Shown here: positions 50,791 through 64,000 of the stretch, piece by piece
Numbering within the stretch: the first letter of the stretch is position 1
Layout of the letters: every line of letters starts with the position of its first letter
Origin: an uncultured delta proteobacterium
GTDB taxonomy: Bacteria > Myxococcota_A > Polyangia > Polyangiales > JAFGIB01
Assembly: GCA_963778655.1 (NCBI GenBank)
Contig: CAVZVA010000011.1
Location: 96,001 to 160,000 of the forward strand
Reading direction: 5' to 3'
Length of the DNA: 64,000 nt
The notes under the pieces: generated by a model
Databases searched by the model: none
What the model was told of the DNA's origin: nothing
Seen by the model: only the letters and a program-made list of their open reading frames with translations
Program-made: the position numbers and the translations under genes

Positions 50791-51878
50791 GGCAGCGAGC
50801 GCGCGACCAGATACACGTACCCGATCACGCCTGGTTGGATTTGCACGGTGCCGGTCGCGACTTCCATGCCGCTGTGCGTGTCGACGGCGTGCACGGTGAT
50901 AGGCCGCGCCGGCACGTTGAAAGCGCCGCCGACCCCGTCCCGCGTGGTCGCCTTGAGCGTGACCGACACGCCGCCCGAGGGATCGGTGTAGAAGATCGGG
51001 GAGGCGCCGTCATTGGGCTCGAAGCTCACCTCGACATCCGGCGCCTCGGCGCGCGGCAGGTCGGGGGCGTTGAGGTAGCGCATTGGCAGGCAGCCCTGCA
51101 CCCGGAAGATCAGAAAGCCGGTCTCGGGGTCGAAGGACGTATCTACGCCGACGATCCCGGCAAGCACCTGGAGCGCTCCGTTGGTCAGCTGATACTGGGT
51201 GAAGCCACCGACGCGATAGATGGGCTCGCTCCACTGCACGTTGCTGTCGACGTAGCCGCCACCGCTGAAGTCGAACAGGCCGTTAAAGCTCGACTGCACG
51301 GTCAGCGCAACCATGCCGTCGTCCCCGGTCGTGGCTTCGTCCACGCGTCCGGTCGTGCAGCTCGGGTCGACCGGCTGGCAGGCCTTGACCCGCACGTCCG
51401 GCAGCGGCTTGTCCGGAACCGCCGCGAAGTCGATCACGCGCACCCCGACCTTCAGATCGGCGTCTGGCGTCGGCCAGTGGTAGTTGTCCACGCAGCCCCA
51501 GTTGACCTGGCATGGCTGCTCGCAGTGCGTCTGCATGCAGCCGAGCAGCGGGTCGAAATCTGTGGAGAAATCGGCCGCGGGAGTGATCGGCTCGAGCAGA
51601 TCCTTGCCGCAGTCGGTGCCCTCACCGCAGGCCTTGGCCAGGTCGCAGCAATTCTCGCGGATGCAGGCGTCGCAGGCGCCCGGCAGCTTGTCCGACAGAC
51701 CGCAGGCATCGCCCGAGAGCGGGGCGGCGTCCGCCCCCGCGTCGGCCGCGCCTGCGTCCGCGCCCGTGCCCTTGGCCTTGCCCGCGTCGGCGGGGCTCTG
51801 CTTGAAGCTCGGCAGCAGGCAGCCGCCCAGCACGAACGCGCAGCCGAGCAGCGCGCAGGCGCGCCCGAGCCGCTTCAC
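50787..51878 (-). CDS. Lipoprotein with Cys-rich and carboxypeptidase-regulatory-like domains
   Basis: LGGC lipobox; C..CI..NCC; WGCV; GTG start overlapping the upstream stop. Confidence 0.72.
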   Translation of the reverse strand: MKRLGRACALLGCAFVLGGCLLPSFKQSPADAGKAKGTGADAGAADAGADAAPLSGDACGLSDKLPGACDACIRENCCDLAKACGEGTDCGKDLLEPITPAADFSTDFDPLLGCMQTHCEQPCQVNWGCVDNYHWPTPDADLKVGVRVIDFAAVPDKPLPDVRVKACQPVDPSCTTGRVDEATTGDDGMVALTVQSSFNGLFDFSGGGYVDSNVQWSEPIYRVGGFTQYQLTNGALQVLAGIVGVDTSFDPETGFLIFRVQGCLPMRYLNAPDLPRAEAPDVEVSFEPNDGASPIFYTDPSGGVSVTLKATTRDGVGGAFNVPARPITVHAVDTHSGMEVATGTVQIQPGVIGYVYLVARSLP

Positions 51879-52984
51879 AGCGCGCCTCGCACACCCGCGT
51901 ACCCTGGCCCGAGCAGCGGCTGCAGCGACGCGTGCTCGGAGCCGGCGTGCCCGCCGCCCAGCAACAGCACCAGGCCGACCGCGGCGCCGGCCACGCCCAC
52001 GCCGAAGGTGGTGCCGGCGAGCGCGCGCAGGGTGTCGTAATGCTGGACCGTGCCGTGCTCGGCCGGCGGGCACACGCGGCCTGGACAGCGGCTGTCGAGC
52101 TCGGACTTCTGCCCGAGCGCCAGACCGAAGGTCACGGCCGAGGCGACCAGCGACGCGCCGCCGACCGAGAGCACCACCCAGCCCACGGCATGGCGCGCCG
52201 AATGCCCGCCTCCGGCGGGGGCCGGCGCCGTCGCGGACGCCGTCTGCAACGCGGGTTTGGCGCCGCCGGTCGCGGGCGGCGTAGCGGCGCCCGAAGGCAA
52301 GAGTGAGAGCTCGAGCGGCGCGCGGTCCTGCGCCTGCACGTCGAGGGTGCGCGTGCGCGTGGGGTAGCCGGGCGCGCTGACCCGCAGCTCGTGGCGACCG
52401 GGCAGCAGCAGCAGCTCGTCCTGACCGACCAGCGTGGGCGACTTGTCGTCGACCAGCAGGCTCGCCCCGGGCGGCCGCAGCCGCAGGCGGTAGCGACCGA
52501 CGTGGTGATTCGCGCGCTCAATCAGACCGCGCACGTGCCGCCGCTGCTCGTCGGTCAGCGGCTTGCGCGGGTCGACCAGCGAGGCCTCCAGGTTCTGCAA
52601 CGCGCCGATGAAGTCGCCTTGGTTGAAGGCGGCCATGCCGATCGTGCGCAGCGTTCGCGCGGTCGGGTCGAGGCCGTGCGCGCGCTCGAACAGGCGCCGC
52701 GCCTCGTCCCAACGGCCGGCGTCGTAGGCGGCCAGCGCTCGCAGCACCAAGTCGTCGTACTCGCTGGTCGGGGCGGCGGGCGCGGCCGCCGCCGCAGCCT
52801 GCGCCGGAGCTTGGCCCGCAGGCGCTGGGGCTGCCGCGGGCGCCGGGGCAGGTGCCGCCGCAGGTGCCGGGGCAGGCGCGGCCTGGGCCCGGCCCGGCGC
52901 GCAGTGAGCCACCTCATAGACGCACGCCGCGCACGCGAGCACGATCAGGAAGGAGCCAGGTTCGCGCTTGCTCCAGGTCGTCAC
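51875..52984 (-). CDS. TPR + PEGA domain protein
   Basis: AL.AY.AG..DEA..LFERAH; PPGA.L.VD; PG.H.L.VSAPGY; C-terminal TM hairpin. Confidence 0.8.
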   Translation of the reverse strand: MTTWSKREPGSFLIVLACAACVYEVAHCAPGRAQAAPAPAPAAAPAPAPAAAPAPAGQAPAQAAAAAAPAAPTSEYDDLVLRALAAYDAGRWDEARRLFERAHGLDPTARTLRTIGMAAFNQGDFIGALQNLEASLVDPRKPLTDEQRRHVRGLIERANHHVGRYRLRLRPPGASLLVDDKSPTLVGQDELLLLPGRHELRVSAPGYPTRTRTLDVQAQDRAPLELSLLPSGAATPPATGGAKPALQTASATAPAPAGGGHSARHAVGWVVLSVGGASLVASAVTFGLALGQKSELDSRCPGRVCPPAEHGTVQHYDTLRALAGTTFGVGVAGAAVGLVLLLGGGHAGSEHASLQPLLGPGYAGVRGAL

Positions 52985-53232
52985 ATGAGCTTCCAAAGCC
53001 AAGCCACCCCCGGCGCTGCCGCTTCCTTTACCAAAGGTGAGGCCTGGAGCGCCAGCTCTCTGCAGCGGCCGTTCGCCCCGGCGGCATCGGCAAGCCGGAG
53101 CATGGCGCGGCGCGCGGTTCGCGGCGATGAACCAGCTCACAGCCACGGCGCATGCGCGCCGGAGACGGCATGCCGCGCGCTCGTCAAGCTCGGCGCTTCG
53201 TGGGATAGTCGCGCGGGGACAGGAGCGCTCGC

Positions 53233-54819
<1,587 letters not shown>

Positions 54820-54849
54820 CGCGGGCTAGGGACTGTCCCTAGACTTAGG

Positions 54850-56346
54850 CTAGGCGCGCAGCTCGCGCTTGAGGATCTTGCCGGTCGGCCCCTTGGGCAG
54901 CTCGGCCACGAACACGTACTCGCTCGGCAGCTTGTACTTGGCCAGGTTCTCGCGCAGGTGGTCCTCCACCTGCGCCTGGCTGAGGTCTTCGCCCGGCCGC
55001 ACCGAGATCACCGCGCGCACCTGCTCTCCTTTGGCTTCGTCCTGCACCCCGACCACCGCGGCCTCGGCCACCTGCGGCATCTGGTACAGCACCTCCTCGA
55101 TCTCGCGCGGGTAGATGTTGTAGCCGCTCTTGATGATCATGTCTTTCTTGCGATCGACGATGAACACGAAGCCGTCCTCGTCGACATAGCCGATATCTCC
55201 GGTGTGGAACCAGCCGTCGACGATCGCCTCGGCGGTGGCCTCGGGGCGGTTGAGGTAGCCGACCATCAGGTTCGGTCCGCGCACCACGATCTCGCCGCGC
55301 TGCCCAACCGGCACCTCGCAGCCCTGCTCGTCGATGATCTCGAGCTCGACCGCGGGATAGGGCTTGCCCACCGAGCCCTCGCGCTTGGCCGAGGGGCGGT
55401 TGCAGCACACGCTGACGGTGGTCTCGGTCAGGCCGTAGCCCTCGTAGATCGGCACCTGGAACTTGTGCTCGAAGCTGCGCATCACCTCGACCGGCATGGC
55501 CGCGCCGCCCGAGATGCAGTAGCGCAGCTTGGGAAAGCGCAGGGTCGCGATGTCCGGGTGCTTCATCAAGTAGAAGTACATGGTCGGCACGCCGGGGAAG
55601 ACGGTGATGCCGTCCTCCTGCAGGCTGCTTGCGGCGGAAGCCAGCTCGAACTTGGGGTGCAGCACCACCGTGCCGCGGTTGCGAATGCTGGAGTTGAGCA
55701 CGCCGTTGAGCGCGAACACGTGGAACAGCGGCAGCACGCACAGCACCTTGTCGTCGTCTTCGGGCGGGAACAGGTCGTCGGTCATGTCGAGCTGCGCGCT
55801 CACGTTGCGGTTGGTGATGACCGCGCCCTTGGGCTTGCCGGTGGTGCCCGAGGTGTAGATGGTGAGGATGTGCTCGTCGGGCTCGCTTTCGCGCGGCGCG
55901 ACCGGGCTCTGGCCCTCGATCAACGAGCCGTAGGGGATGTGGCGTCCGGGCTTGCCGACCACGAACACCTTGGGCGGCACGGGCAGCTCTGCGAGCGCGG
56001 CCTCGACCGCGGGCAGAAACGCCTCGAACACGAACAGCGCGGCGATCGCGCTGTCCTCGACCAGATAGCGCACCTCGGGCGCGGTCAGCAGCACGTTCAT
56101 CGGCACCACCACGTTGCCGTTGAGCCACGCGCCGTACAGCGCCTCGGCGAACTGCGGCAGGTTCGGCAACATGATGCCGACGCTCTGCCCCGGCCGCAGG
56201 CCTTGCGCCGCGAGCCCGCTCGCGAGCTTGCGCGCGTTGTCGGCGAGCGCGCCGTAGCTGATGCGCTGGCCCATGAACTCGAGCGCGATCCGCTCCGGCT
56301 GCTCGGTCTGCGCGGAAAGCAGTTGCTCGAACACGTGCTTGGTCAT
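54850..56346 (-). CDS. Long-chain-fatty-acid--CoA ligase
   Basis: YTSGTTGKPKG, EGYGLTE, GWFHTGDIG, DRKKDMI, PTGKILK. Confidence 0.93.
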   Translation of the reverse strand: MTKHVFEQLLSAQTEQPERIALEFMGQRISYGALADNARKLASGLAAQGLRPGQSVGIMLPNLPQFAEALYGAWLNGNVVVPMNVLLTAPEVRYLVEDSAIAALFVFEAFLPAVEAALAELPVPPKVFVVGKPGRHIPYGSLIEGQSPVAPRESEPDEHILTIYTSGTTGKPKGAVITNRNVSAQLDMTDDLFPPEDDDKVLCVLPLFHVFALNGVLNSSIRNRGTVVLHPKFELASAASSLQEDGITVFPGVPTMYFYLMKHPDIATLRFPKLRYCISGGAAMPVEVMRSFEHKFQVPIYEGYGLTETTVSVCCNRPSAKREGSVGKPYPAVELEIIDEQGCEVPVGQRGEIVVRGPNLMVGYLNRPEATAEAIVDGWFHTGDIGYVDEDGFVFIVDRKKDMIIKSGYNIYPREIEEVLYQMPQVAEAAVVGVQDEAKGEQVRAVISVRPGEDLSQAQVEDHLRENLAKYKLPSEYVFVAELPKGPTGKILKRELRA

Positions 56347-56487
56347 ACCCGTACCTCCGTCACCCCAGATCTTCTTGCATACCACGACAGCCGCCCCCTC
56401 GTCAGCGCGCCGCCCGCAGCCCCGCCAAATGATTGGCCTTTCCGCGGCCGGCGGGGCGGGCGCGCCCGGCCGGCGCGACCCGATCCG

Positions 56488-57902
56488 CTACAGCGCGTGC
56501 TTGGCCTTGATCGCCAGGTAGCGGTTGACCGCTGCGATCGCGAGCTCGGCGGCGGGGGCCTCGACCAGGCCGACGCCGGCCTTGCGCAGGTGCGCCTTGA
56601 CCACCTCGCGGTCCTCGAGCAGCGCGGCGGCGGCCGCGCGGCGGTAGGCCTGGTCGCTGTCGTCCGCGCTCTGCTCCGCCAGCGTCTCGGCCACCTCATC
56701 GTTCATGCTCACGCACAGCGGCAGGTGCTTGCGGCGCAGCAGCGGGGCCTGCTCAGCCAGCGGCAGCGCCTGCGACTCGTCCAGCAGATCGCTGAAGATG
56801 ACCAGCAGCGAGCGCCGCGGAAGCCGCGCGCACACCAGCTCGGAAAAGCGCCGGAAGTCCACGTACGCGGGGCTGGCTTCGACCAGCGAGAGCGCCTCGA
56901 GCATGCGCCGGTACTGCGCGTGGCCACGGCGCGGCGGCACGAAGCTGAGGATGTCCTGCGCGAACACCAGCAGCCCCACCTTGTCGCCCGCCTGCAGCGC
57001 GACGTAGCTGAGCAGCAGCGCCGCGTGAATCGCGTGGTCGAGCTTGGTGAGCGTGGGCGCGCTCGGGTCGGACGCCGCGGCCGGCGGCGGCAGGCTCCCG
57101 CCGTCGCTGCGCGTGCGCCAGGCGCCTTTGTGCTCGCCGGGCGCCGCCAGCGCGGTGGCCATCATGCGCCCGGCGTCCAGCGCCACCACCACGGTCTGGC
57201 TCTGCTCCTGGCCCAGCACACGCGTGACCGGACGGCGGCGCTTGGCGGTCGCCTTCCAGTCGAGGTCGCGGTACGAGTCGCCCGCGACGTATTCGCGCAG
57301 CTGCTCGAACTCGCCGCCGCCGCCCGGACGCCGCACCGCGCGCACGCCCACGTTGCGCAGCGCGTGCAGGCGCAGCGCCAGATCGTAGCGGCGCGGGCCG
57401 CGCAGGCTGGGATAGACGCGCGCCTGCGCCGCGGCCGGGCGGGTGGCGATCACGGCGCCCAGCCCGAGCGACCCCTCGATGCGCAGGTGCAGCGCGCCGA
57501 AGTCGAAGCGCCCGCGCCGCGCGGGCGTGACGCGGTAGCGCAGCTCCAGGCGCTGCCGCGGCGGCAGCTCGGCGGCAAGCTCGTCGGGCTGCGCGCCGAG
57601 GCTGGCCGGGCAGTCGTCGCGTACGCGCAGGCGCAGCCGCCGCGCGGACCGGTTGTCGACCCGGATCACGACGTCGGAGGCGACGCCGACCAGCAGCCGC
57701 GCATCGAAGCGCCGCTGCGCGCGGGGCAGGGCCGCGCGCAGCAGGCCCGCCTCGTAGAACGCGGCGCCCAGCAGCAACGTGTCGTAGAGCATGCCGGCGA
57801 GCAGCCCCGCGCGCCCGAGCGCATAAAGCGGCAGCCCGGCGAGCGCGAGCCACGGCAGTAGGCGGCCGGGAACAAACCTCTGTCGTATCGGCAGGGGCTC
57901 GC

Positions 57903-57906
<4 letters not shown>
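56488..57906 (-). CDS. DUF58 domain protein
   Basis: [25 protein letters not shown]. Confidence 0.9.
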
Positions 57907-58865
<959 letters not shown>

Positions 58866-58947
58866 GTGGCGGCGATGCTAGGTCTTTTTTTCGGGAGGGT
58901 CACGCGAACGCGAACCTCCCGCGGGGTCGCTGCGCTCCACGTGCTTG

Positions 58948-60360
58948 CTAGCGCGGTGCCGGGACGGTCGCAGTCGGGTCGAGCGCCCGGGCGACGGCTT
59001 CATCGATCCGGCGGCTGGCGGCTGCCAGGTCGCGCTCGTTGGCGAGGATGCGCTCGGCCCGTGCGATCGTGCGCACCGCCTCGGCGGCCTGCTTGGCGCC
59101 GCGCTCGTCCAGGCTGCGCGCCAGCGCGCGCGCGGAGGACGGCGGCAGGTGGTGGTGTGCGGCGACGCGCGCGAGCGCCTGCTTGCCGAGGATGCGGATC
59201 GCGCCGGCCGGGTCGTTTGCGCGTGCGAACAAGCTGCCCATCGCGGACACCAGCGAGGCGATGCCGGCGGGCGCGGGCTCGCTCGGCTCGCGCACCCCGC
59301 CGAAGGACGCGCCGGCGCGCAGCAGCAATAACAGCGCCACCAGCAGCAGCTGCGCGATGAAGGGCGTGGCGCCGGCCTCGCGCAGATAGCGCATCAACGA
59401 GCGGCGCTCGCCCACGCCCAGGTGGTATTCGTCGAACAGCACCGGGCCCGCGGGCGCGTACGCGCGCAGCAGGCGCGCGAACAGCAGCCCGCCGTCGGCC
59501 AGCCCGAGCGCGCGGTTCTGCAGCAAGCTGGCGGACGCCAGCGCGATCACGTGCCCGCGCCCGTGACGCACCACCACGCCGGCCGGACGCGGCTGCTCGC
59601 CCCCGTCCCCGCCGTGACCGGGCAGCTCGAGGATCACGCGAGCGTCCGCGTCGGGCTCGAGCTCGAGCCGCCCGGGCTCCCGCATCGGCAGCGGCTGCAG
59701 CCCGCGCAGCGGGGCGTCGGTCGGGAGGGTCCACGCCACCGCTGGCTTGGCGCGCGCGCGCTCGCTGCCGCCGCTGCCGCCGGAGCCCTCGGCCCGCGCA
59801 CCCGCGGCGGCCACTCCGGCGTCGTCCTGCGCGGGCCCGCAGGCCTGCCCGCCGTCGACGCCCGCGTCCTGGCGCTCGCCGCCGGGCGGGCCGAGCGCTT
59901 CGGGCGGCAGCCCTTGCTCCTGTTGCTGGCGGCGGGCGCGCCGAAAGCGCGTGTCGGCCTCGCAGCCGGCCTCGGCCGCGAAGTCGACGCCCATGCCCTC
60001 GGGCAGATAATGGCGTGCGCCCGCGACCAGCAGCACGCCGCCCTGCTGCACCCACTGCGTGAGCTCGCGGCGCTCGTAGCGCGAGACCGGCCGCGCCATA
60101 CCGTCCTCGCAGTCGCCCAGCGCGACCAGCATGCCGGAGCCGGCGGGCAGCGCGGCCAGATCCTCGGACCAGCGCGCGGGACGTGCCCCCAGCCGCTGGG
60201 CCAGCAGATACAGCGCGCGCACGCCTTCGGGGCCGGAACCGTAGCTGGAGTAGGCGCTGGCGAAGCGGCCGCGATCGGCCACGCGCCGGCACACGAAGCC
60301 TCCGCTGCCGAACACCAGCAGCGCCGCCAGCAGCCACAGCGATCGGCGCGCCAGGCTCAC
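58948..60360 (-). CDS. DUF4350 domain protein
   Basis: S.Y.SGP.G..AL..L; WV..GG.L; G.G.V; LFDEYH.G; position in MoxR operon. Confidence 0.78.
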   Translation of the reverse strand: MSLARRSLWLLAALLVFGSGGFVCRRVADRGRFASAYSSYGSGPEGVRALYLLAQRLGARPARWSEDLAALPAGSGMLVALGDCEDGMARPVSRYERRELTQWVQQGGVLLVAGARHYLPEGMGVDFAAEAGCEADTRFRRARRQQQEQGLPPEALGPPGGERQDAGVDGGQACGPAQDDAGVAAAGARAEGSGGSGGSERARAKPAVAWTLPTDAPLRGLQPLPMREPGRLELEPDADARVILELPGHGGDGGEQPRPAGVVVRHGRGHVIALASASLLQNRALGLADGGLLFARLLRAYAPAGPVLFDEYHLGVGERRSLMRYLREAGATPFIAQLLLVALLLLLRAGASFGGVREPSEPAPAGIASLVSAMGSLFARANDPAGAIRILGKQALARVAAHHHLPPSSARALARSLDERGAKQAAEAVRTIARAERILANERDLAAASRRIDEAVARALDPTATVPAPR

Positions 60361-61970
60361 GACCGCTCCGCGGAGCTGATGCGCTCGGCGAGCGCGCGAC
60401 ACTGCGCGTAGTCGTCCGCCGTGGCGGGCGCGTGGCCGTACCAGGTGCGGTCGAAGATGCGCGTGAACGCGGCGAAGCTCTGGCGCAGCTCACCCGGCGG
60501 CAGCGCGCGGATGTACTGCCAGTTGGTCTTGGACGGCTCGTACTCGATCAATCGGCCGCGATCGAGCGCGACCAGGCTGGCAAGGTAGAGGGCGCGCAGC
60601 GCGGCCGGGAAGTCGCCGCCGGCGGCGTATGCGGCGGCCTGCTCCAGCAGCGAGCCCGGCTCGCTCGCGGCGATCGGCTCGGGCTCGCTCGGCCCGAGCG
60701 CGCGCGCTCTCTGCAGACGAGCGCGGCCCCGGCCCACGGAGGCGCCGAGTGCGCCGAGCGCGATCAACGCCAGCGCCATCAGCACCCACGGCGAGAGCGG
60801 CGGCAGGCGTAGCGGCGCAGCCTGCTGCTCGCTGGAGTCGTCGCGCTCGGCCACCCAGTCGAACAGCTTGGCCAGCAGATCGCGCAGCGCGTGCGAGTCA
60901 TGCTCGGCGAACTCACGGAACTCGGGCCCGGCGAGGATGGTCGAGACCTGATCGCGAACCTCGGCGTCGGCCTCGGCCCCGGACCCGCTGGGCGGCGCGG
61001 CGTCGGCGCTGACCGGCTGCGCGCGCGCAGGTAGCGCCGTGCACAGCGACAGCGCGAGCAGCACGGCGGCGGCGGCGATCGGCGGCTCGCTGCCGCGGCC
61101 CAGCCCGCGCCGGGGCGCGCTGTGCGCGATCGCGGCGTCGACCGCGGCGTGCAGATCCGCGCCGTCGCGGCGCGAGCGCGCGTCGACGAAGGCCTGGGCC
61201 GAGATCGCGGCCCACAGCGGCTCGAGCAGCACCAGCGTCAGCGCGGCCAGCAGCAGCGGCACCAGGGTGTTGTCGGGCGAGAGGAACTCGGACACCAGCG
61301 CCATGTCGAGCCCGAGCATGGAGTGGCCGAGCAACACCGCCACCGAGCCCAGCGCGTAGAGGTTGGCGAACAACCCGAGCGCGCCGAACAGCGCGAGCAG
61401 CTCGACGATCAGGAACACCCCGCGCATGCCCGCGGTGTCGTCGAAGGCCTGGCCGAACGCTGCAAGACCGCGTTCGCGGGCGCAGGCGGCGCGCGCCAGC
61501 CACGAGGGCGCAACCGCGCCGCGCAGGGCCACGAAGGGCAGCACCGCCGCGACCGCGAACGGCGACAACAGCGCGACGCCCGCGAGCGGCCACAGCCAAA
61601 CCCACAGGCCGAGCCCGACCACGCCCGCGGTGCACGCGACGTCGACCGAGCGCGTGGGCTCGAGCGAGACCGGCAGCGTGGAGCGCAGCGCCAGCGCGTA
61701 AGCGCGGGCCACCCGGCTCAGACGTACGCCGCGAAACAGGAAGCCGAACGCGAGCGCGAGCGCCAGCGGCAGCCGCAGCGAGCGCACGCCCTCGATGCGC
61801 TCGAGGTAGTAGACGGCGAGCGCCAGCAGCGCGAGCGGAGCGCCCGCGACCCACGCCTGCAGCAGCGATTCGAGACCGCCGCGGCGCACCGCGAGCAGCG
61901 CTCCGTCGAGCATCTCGAGCGGGCCGGCGGCGCGCAGCCCGGGCGTCGCGCTGTCGCCGCCGTCGCTCAT
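60357..61970 (-). CDS. Membrane protein with C-terminal DUF4129
   Basis: Multi-TM N-terminus; ALRALYLA.L..L...SKTNWQY...F.R.WYG. Confidence 0.8.
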   Translation of the reverse strand: MSDGGDSATPGLRAAGPLEMLDGALLAVRRGGLESLLQAWVAGAPLALLALAVYYLERIEGVRSLRLPLALALAFGFLFRGVRLSRVARAYALALRSTLPVSLEPTRSVDVACTAGVVGLGLWVWLWPLAGVALLSPFAVAAVLPFVALRGAVAPSWLARAACARERGLAAFGQAFDDTAGMRGVFLIVELLALFGALGLFANLYALGSVAVLLGHSMLGLDMALVSEFLSPDNTLVPLLLAALTLVLLEPLWAAISAQAFVDARSRRDGADLHAAVDAAIAHSAPRRGLGRGSEPPIAAAAVLLALSLCTALPARAQPVSADAAPPSGSGAEADAEVRDQVSTILAGPEFREFAEHDSHALRDLLAKLFDWVAERDDSSEQQAAPLRLPPLSPWVLMALALIALGALGASVGRGRARLQRARALGPSEPEPIAASEPGSLLEQAAAYAAGGDFPAALRALYLASLVALDRGRLIEYEPSKTNWQYIRALPPGELRQSFAAFTRIFDRTWYGHAPATADDYAQCRALAERISSAERS

Positions 61971-62248
61971 CCCGGCAACACCGCTTGAAGCAGGGCCCAC
62001 AGGCCCAGCGAGAGCAGCAGCAGATAGCCGGCCGCCGAGAAATAGGCCGCGCGCGGCGAGCTCTCGCGCCGCCGCCCCAGCTTGCGGCCGCCCTCGCGGG
62101 CGAGACCCGCCAGGCAGCGCACGCAGTAGTTGATGCCTTCGACCTTGGTGGCGCACTCGCTGCACACGCGGGCGCGACACTGCACGCAGACGCCGATCGC
62201 CTCGCGCTGCGGATGGTTCTCGCACGCCGCCACCGCGCCGCTGCTCAT
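61967..62248 (-). CDS. Small B-box-like zinc finger membrane protein
   Basis: C.NHP...A...C..C...VC.EC......YC..C plus C-terminal TM. Confidence 0.75.
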   Translation of the reverse strand: MSSGAVAACENHPQREAIGVCVQCRARVCSECATKVEGINYCVRCLAGLAREGGRKLGRRRESSPRAAYFSAAGYLLLLSLGLWALLQAVLPG

Positions 62249-62316
62249 CGCCTGTTTGTAGCACGCGCGCGCAGCCCGCCGGCCTCTGGCCAGCGCGCTC
62301 GGGTTGGAGTAGGCAA

Positions 62317-63042
62317 TTGTGCGTGGAGCCGGTGCTGATCATCAAGACGGGCACGACCATCCCGGCCGTGGCCGCCCGGCGCAGGGACTACGAGACCTGG
62401 ATCGCGAGCGCGATGGGTCTGCCGCGGAGCCACGTGCTGGTGCGCACGGTCTACGCCGGCGAGGAGCTGCCCAGGCCGCGCGAGGTGGCGGCCGCGGTGG
62501 TCACCGGCTCGTCCGCAATGGTGACCGACCGCGAGCCCTGGAGCGAGCGCACCGCCGAGTGGCTGCTCGAGGCGGCGGGTGCGCGGACGCCGGTGCTGGC
62601 GATCTGCTACGGGCACCAGCTGCTCGCGCACGCCTTCGGCGGCAAGGTGGACTACAACCCGCTGGGGCGCCAAATCGGCACCATCGACGTGACGCTAACC
62701 GACGAGGCCGAGCGCGATCCGCTGTTCGGCGGCTTCGAGCGCCTGCTGCACCTGCCGGTCTCGCACCGCCAGTCGGTGACTCAGCTGCCGACGGGAGCGC
62801 GGCGGCTAGCGACCTCCGCGCGCGATCCCAATCACGCCTTCGCGCTCGGCGAGCGCACCTGGGGCGTGCAGTTTCACCCCGAGTTCGACGCGGACATCGT
62901 GCGCGGCTACATCGAAGCGCGGGCCGCGCAGATCGAGGCCGAGGGGATGGACCCGGCGGCGCTCAGCAAGAGCGCGACCGACAGCACGCACGGCACCCTG
63001 CTGCTGCGACGTTTCGCCAACCTCGCACGGCAGGGCCGGTGA
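62317..63042 (+). CDS. Class I glutamine amidotransferase
   Basis: TGS, ICYGHQL, GVQFHPE. Confidence 0.9.
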   Translation: MCVEPVLIIKTGTTIPAVAARRRDYETWIASAMGLPRSHVLVRTVYAGEELPRPREVAAAVVTGSSAMVTDREPWSERTAEWLLEAAGARTPVLAICYGHQLLAHAFGGKVDYNPLGRQIGTIDVTLTDEAERDPLFGGFERLLHLPVSHRQSVTQLPTGARRLATSARDPNHAFALGERTWGVQFHPEFDADIVRGYIEARAAQIEAEGMDPAALSKSATDSTHGTLLLRRFANLARQGR

Positions 63043-63113
63043 GGCAGCTTCAGAGCAAGGCGAGACGGCGCGAAGCGCGGGCCGGTTTGGTCTTCCCGTC
63101 TTGCTGTTGCATC

Positions 63114-64000
63114 CTAATGCGCGCCGCGGCCGCTCAGCACCACCGGGATGGTCCGCAGCAGGATGCTCAGATCGAGCAGCAGGCTCCAGTCGTCGATGTA
63201 CTTCAAATCGAGCAGCATCCACTCCTCGAAATCGAGGCCGCTGCGCCCGCTGACCTGCCATAGCCCGGTCATCCCCGGCTTCATCGAGAGCCGGCGCCGG
63301 CGCCAGCCGTGGATCTGCTGCTGCTCGAGCAGCGGCAGCGGACGCGGCCCGACCAGCGTCATCGAGCCGGTGAGCACGTTGTAGAGCTGCGGCAGCTCGT
63401 CGAGGCTGGTCCTGCGCAGCAGCCGGCCGAGCCCCGTGATGCGCGGGTCGTGCTTGAGCTTGAACACCGGTCCGACGATGTCGCTGGCGTCGGCCAGCTC
63501 GGCGCGCTGGCCCTCGGCTCCTTGCACCATGGTGCGCAGCTTGAGCATGCGAAACGGCCGCCCGTACAGGCCGGCGCGTTGCTGCACGAACAGCACCGGC
63601 CGGCCCATGGTGATCAGGATCGCGAGCCCGCTCGCCAGCAGCAGCGGCGAGAGCACGATCAGCAGCAGCGCCGCGAGCAAAGGGTCGAGGCCGTACTTCA
63701 GCGCCACCCATTCGGGCCGCTTGGGCGCGACCTCGAAGCTGACGAAAGGGTGCGCGTAGACCGAGGTGATGCGCGGCGCCGCCCGCGCGACCTGCGTCAG
63801 GTTGACCGAGAAGCTGGCGACCACGCCCAGTGTCTCGCACAGGGCAAGCGCGTCGCGCAGCTCCTCGGGGTGATTGCAGGGCGGGAAGAACATCACCTGG
63901 TCGACCGCCTGCTCGTGCAGCACCCGAGCCAGGTCGTCCAGCGTGCCGACGCACTCCACCGGCGCCATGTCGGGGGGCGGCGCCGACAGCGCGCTCGGAG
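63114..64000 (-). CDS. Polyprenyl glycosylphosphotransferase (sugar transferase), 5' end outside window
   Basis: K.RTM, DPRIT..G..LR.TSLDELPQ, LVGPRP, KPG.TGLWQVSGR. Confidence 0.92.
   Translation of the reverse strand, partial: PSALSAPPPDMAPVECVGTLDDLARVLHEQAVDQVMFFPPCNHPEELRDALALCETLGVVASFSVNLTQVARAAPRITSVYAHPFVSFEVAPKRPEWVALKYGLDPLLAALLLIVLSPLLLASGLAILITMGRPVLFVQQRAGLYGRPFRMLKLRTMVQGAEGQRAELADASDIVGPVFKLKHDPRITGLGRLLRRTSLDELPQLYNVLTGSMTLVGPRPLPLLEQQQIHGWRRRRLSMKPGMTGLWQVSGRSGLDFEEWMLLDLKYIDDWSLLLDLSILLRTIPVVLSGRGAH

Overview
High-GC DNA whose gene content (PEGA/TPR proteins, Ser/Thr kinase, many Cys-rich lipoproteins, DUF4388-type protein) fits a myxobacterium, probably Polyangia-like; this is inference. 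The window has two parts. (1) 1-36.1 kb is mostly accessory DNA at the 3' ends of two tRNA genes. An ~18 kb decayed island lies between tRNA-Arg(TCT) (19800-19873) and a 29/32 copy of its 3' half at 1712-1743. It holds an integrase remnant, three remnants of HUH/Y1 (RAYT-like) transposases, an IS21 fragment, CTAG-ended MITEs, an ATPase-nuclease pseudogene between 33-nt direct repeats, many broken gene ends and several intact lipoprotein genes. A second accessory tract next to tRNA-Pro(TGG) holds a 1144-aa Cys-rich lipoprotein with 267-bp tandem repeats, an intact ISAs1 with a 10-bp TSD, a second 169-bp MITE and a hicBA pair with a truncated toxin. A candidate structured sRNA lies at ~20165-20355. 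(2) 36.2-64 kb is intact core-like DNA: rdgB, rph, a sensor kinase, a TPR/gluzincin protein, a methyltransferase resembling fungal sphingolipid C9-methyltransferase, TetR, a FadB-like enzyme, a neutral ceramidase lipoprotein operon, a kinase, an acyl-CoA ligase, a MoxR/DUF58/DUF4350/DUF4129 operon, a glutamine amidotransferase and a sugar transferase. Family calls come from motif recognition by eye; no database search was run.
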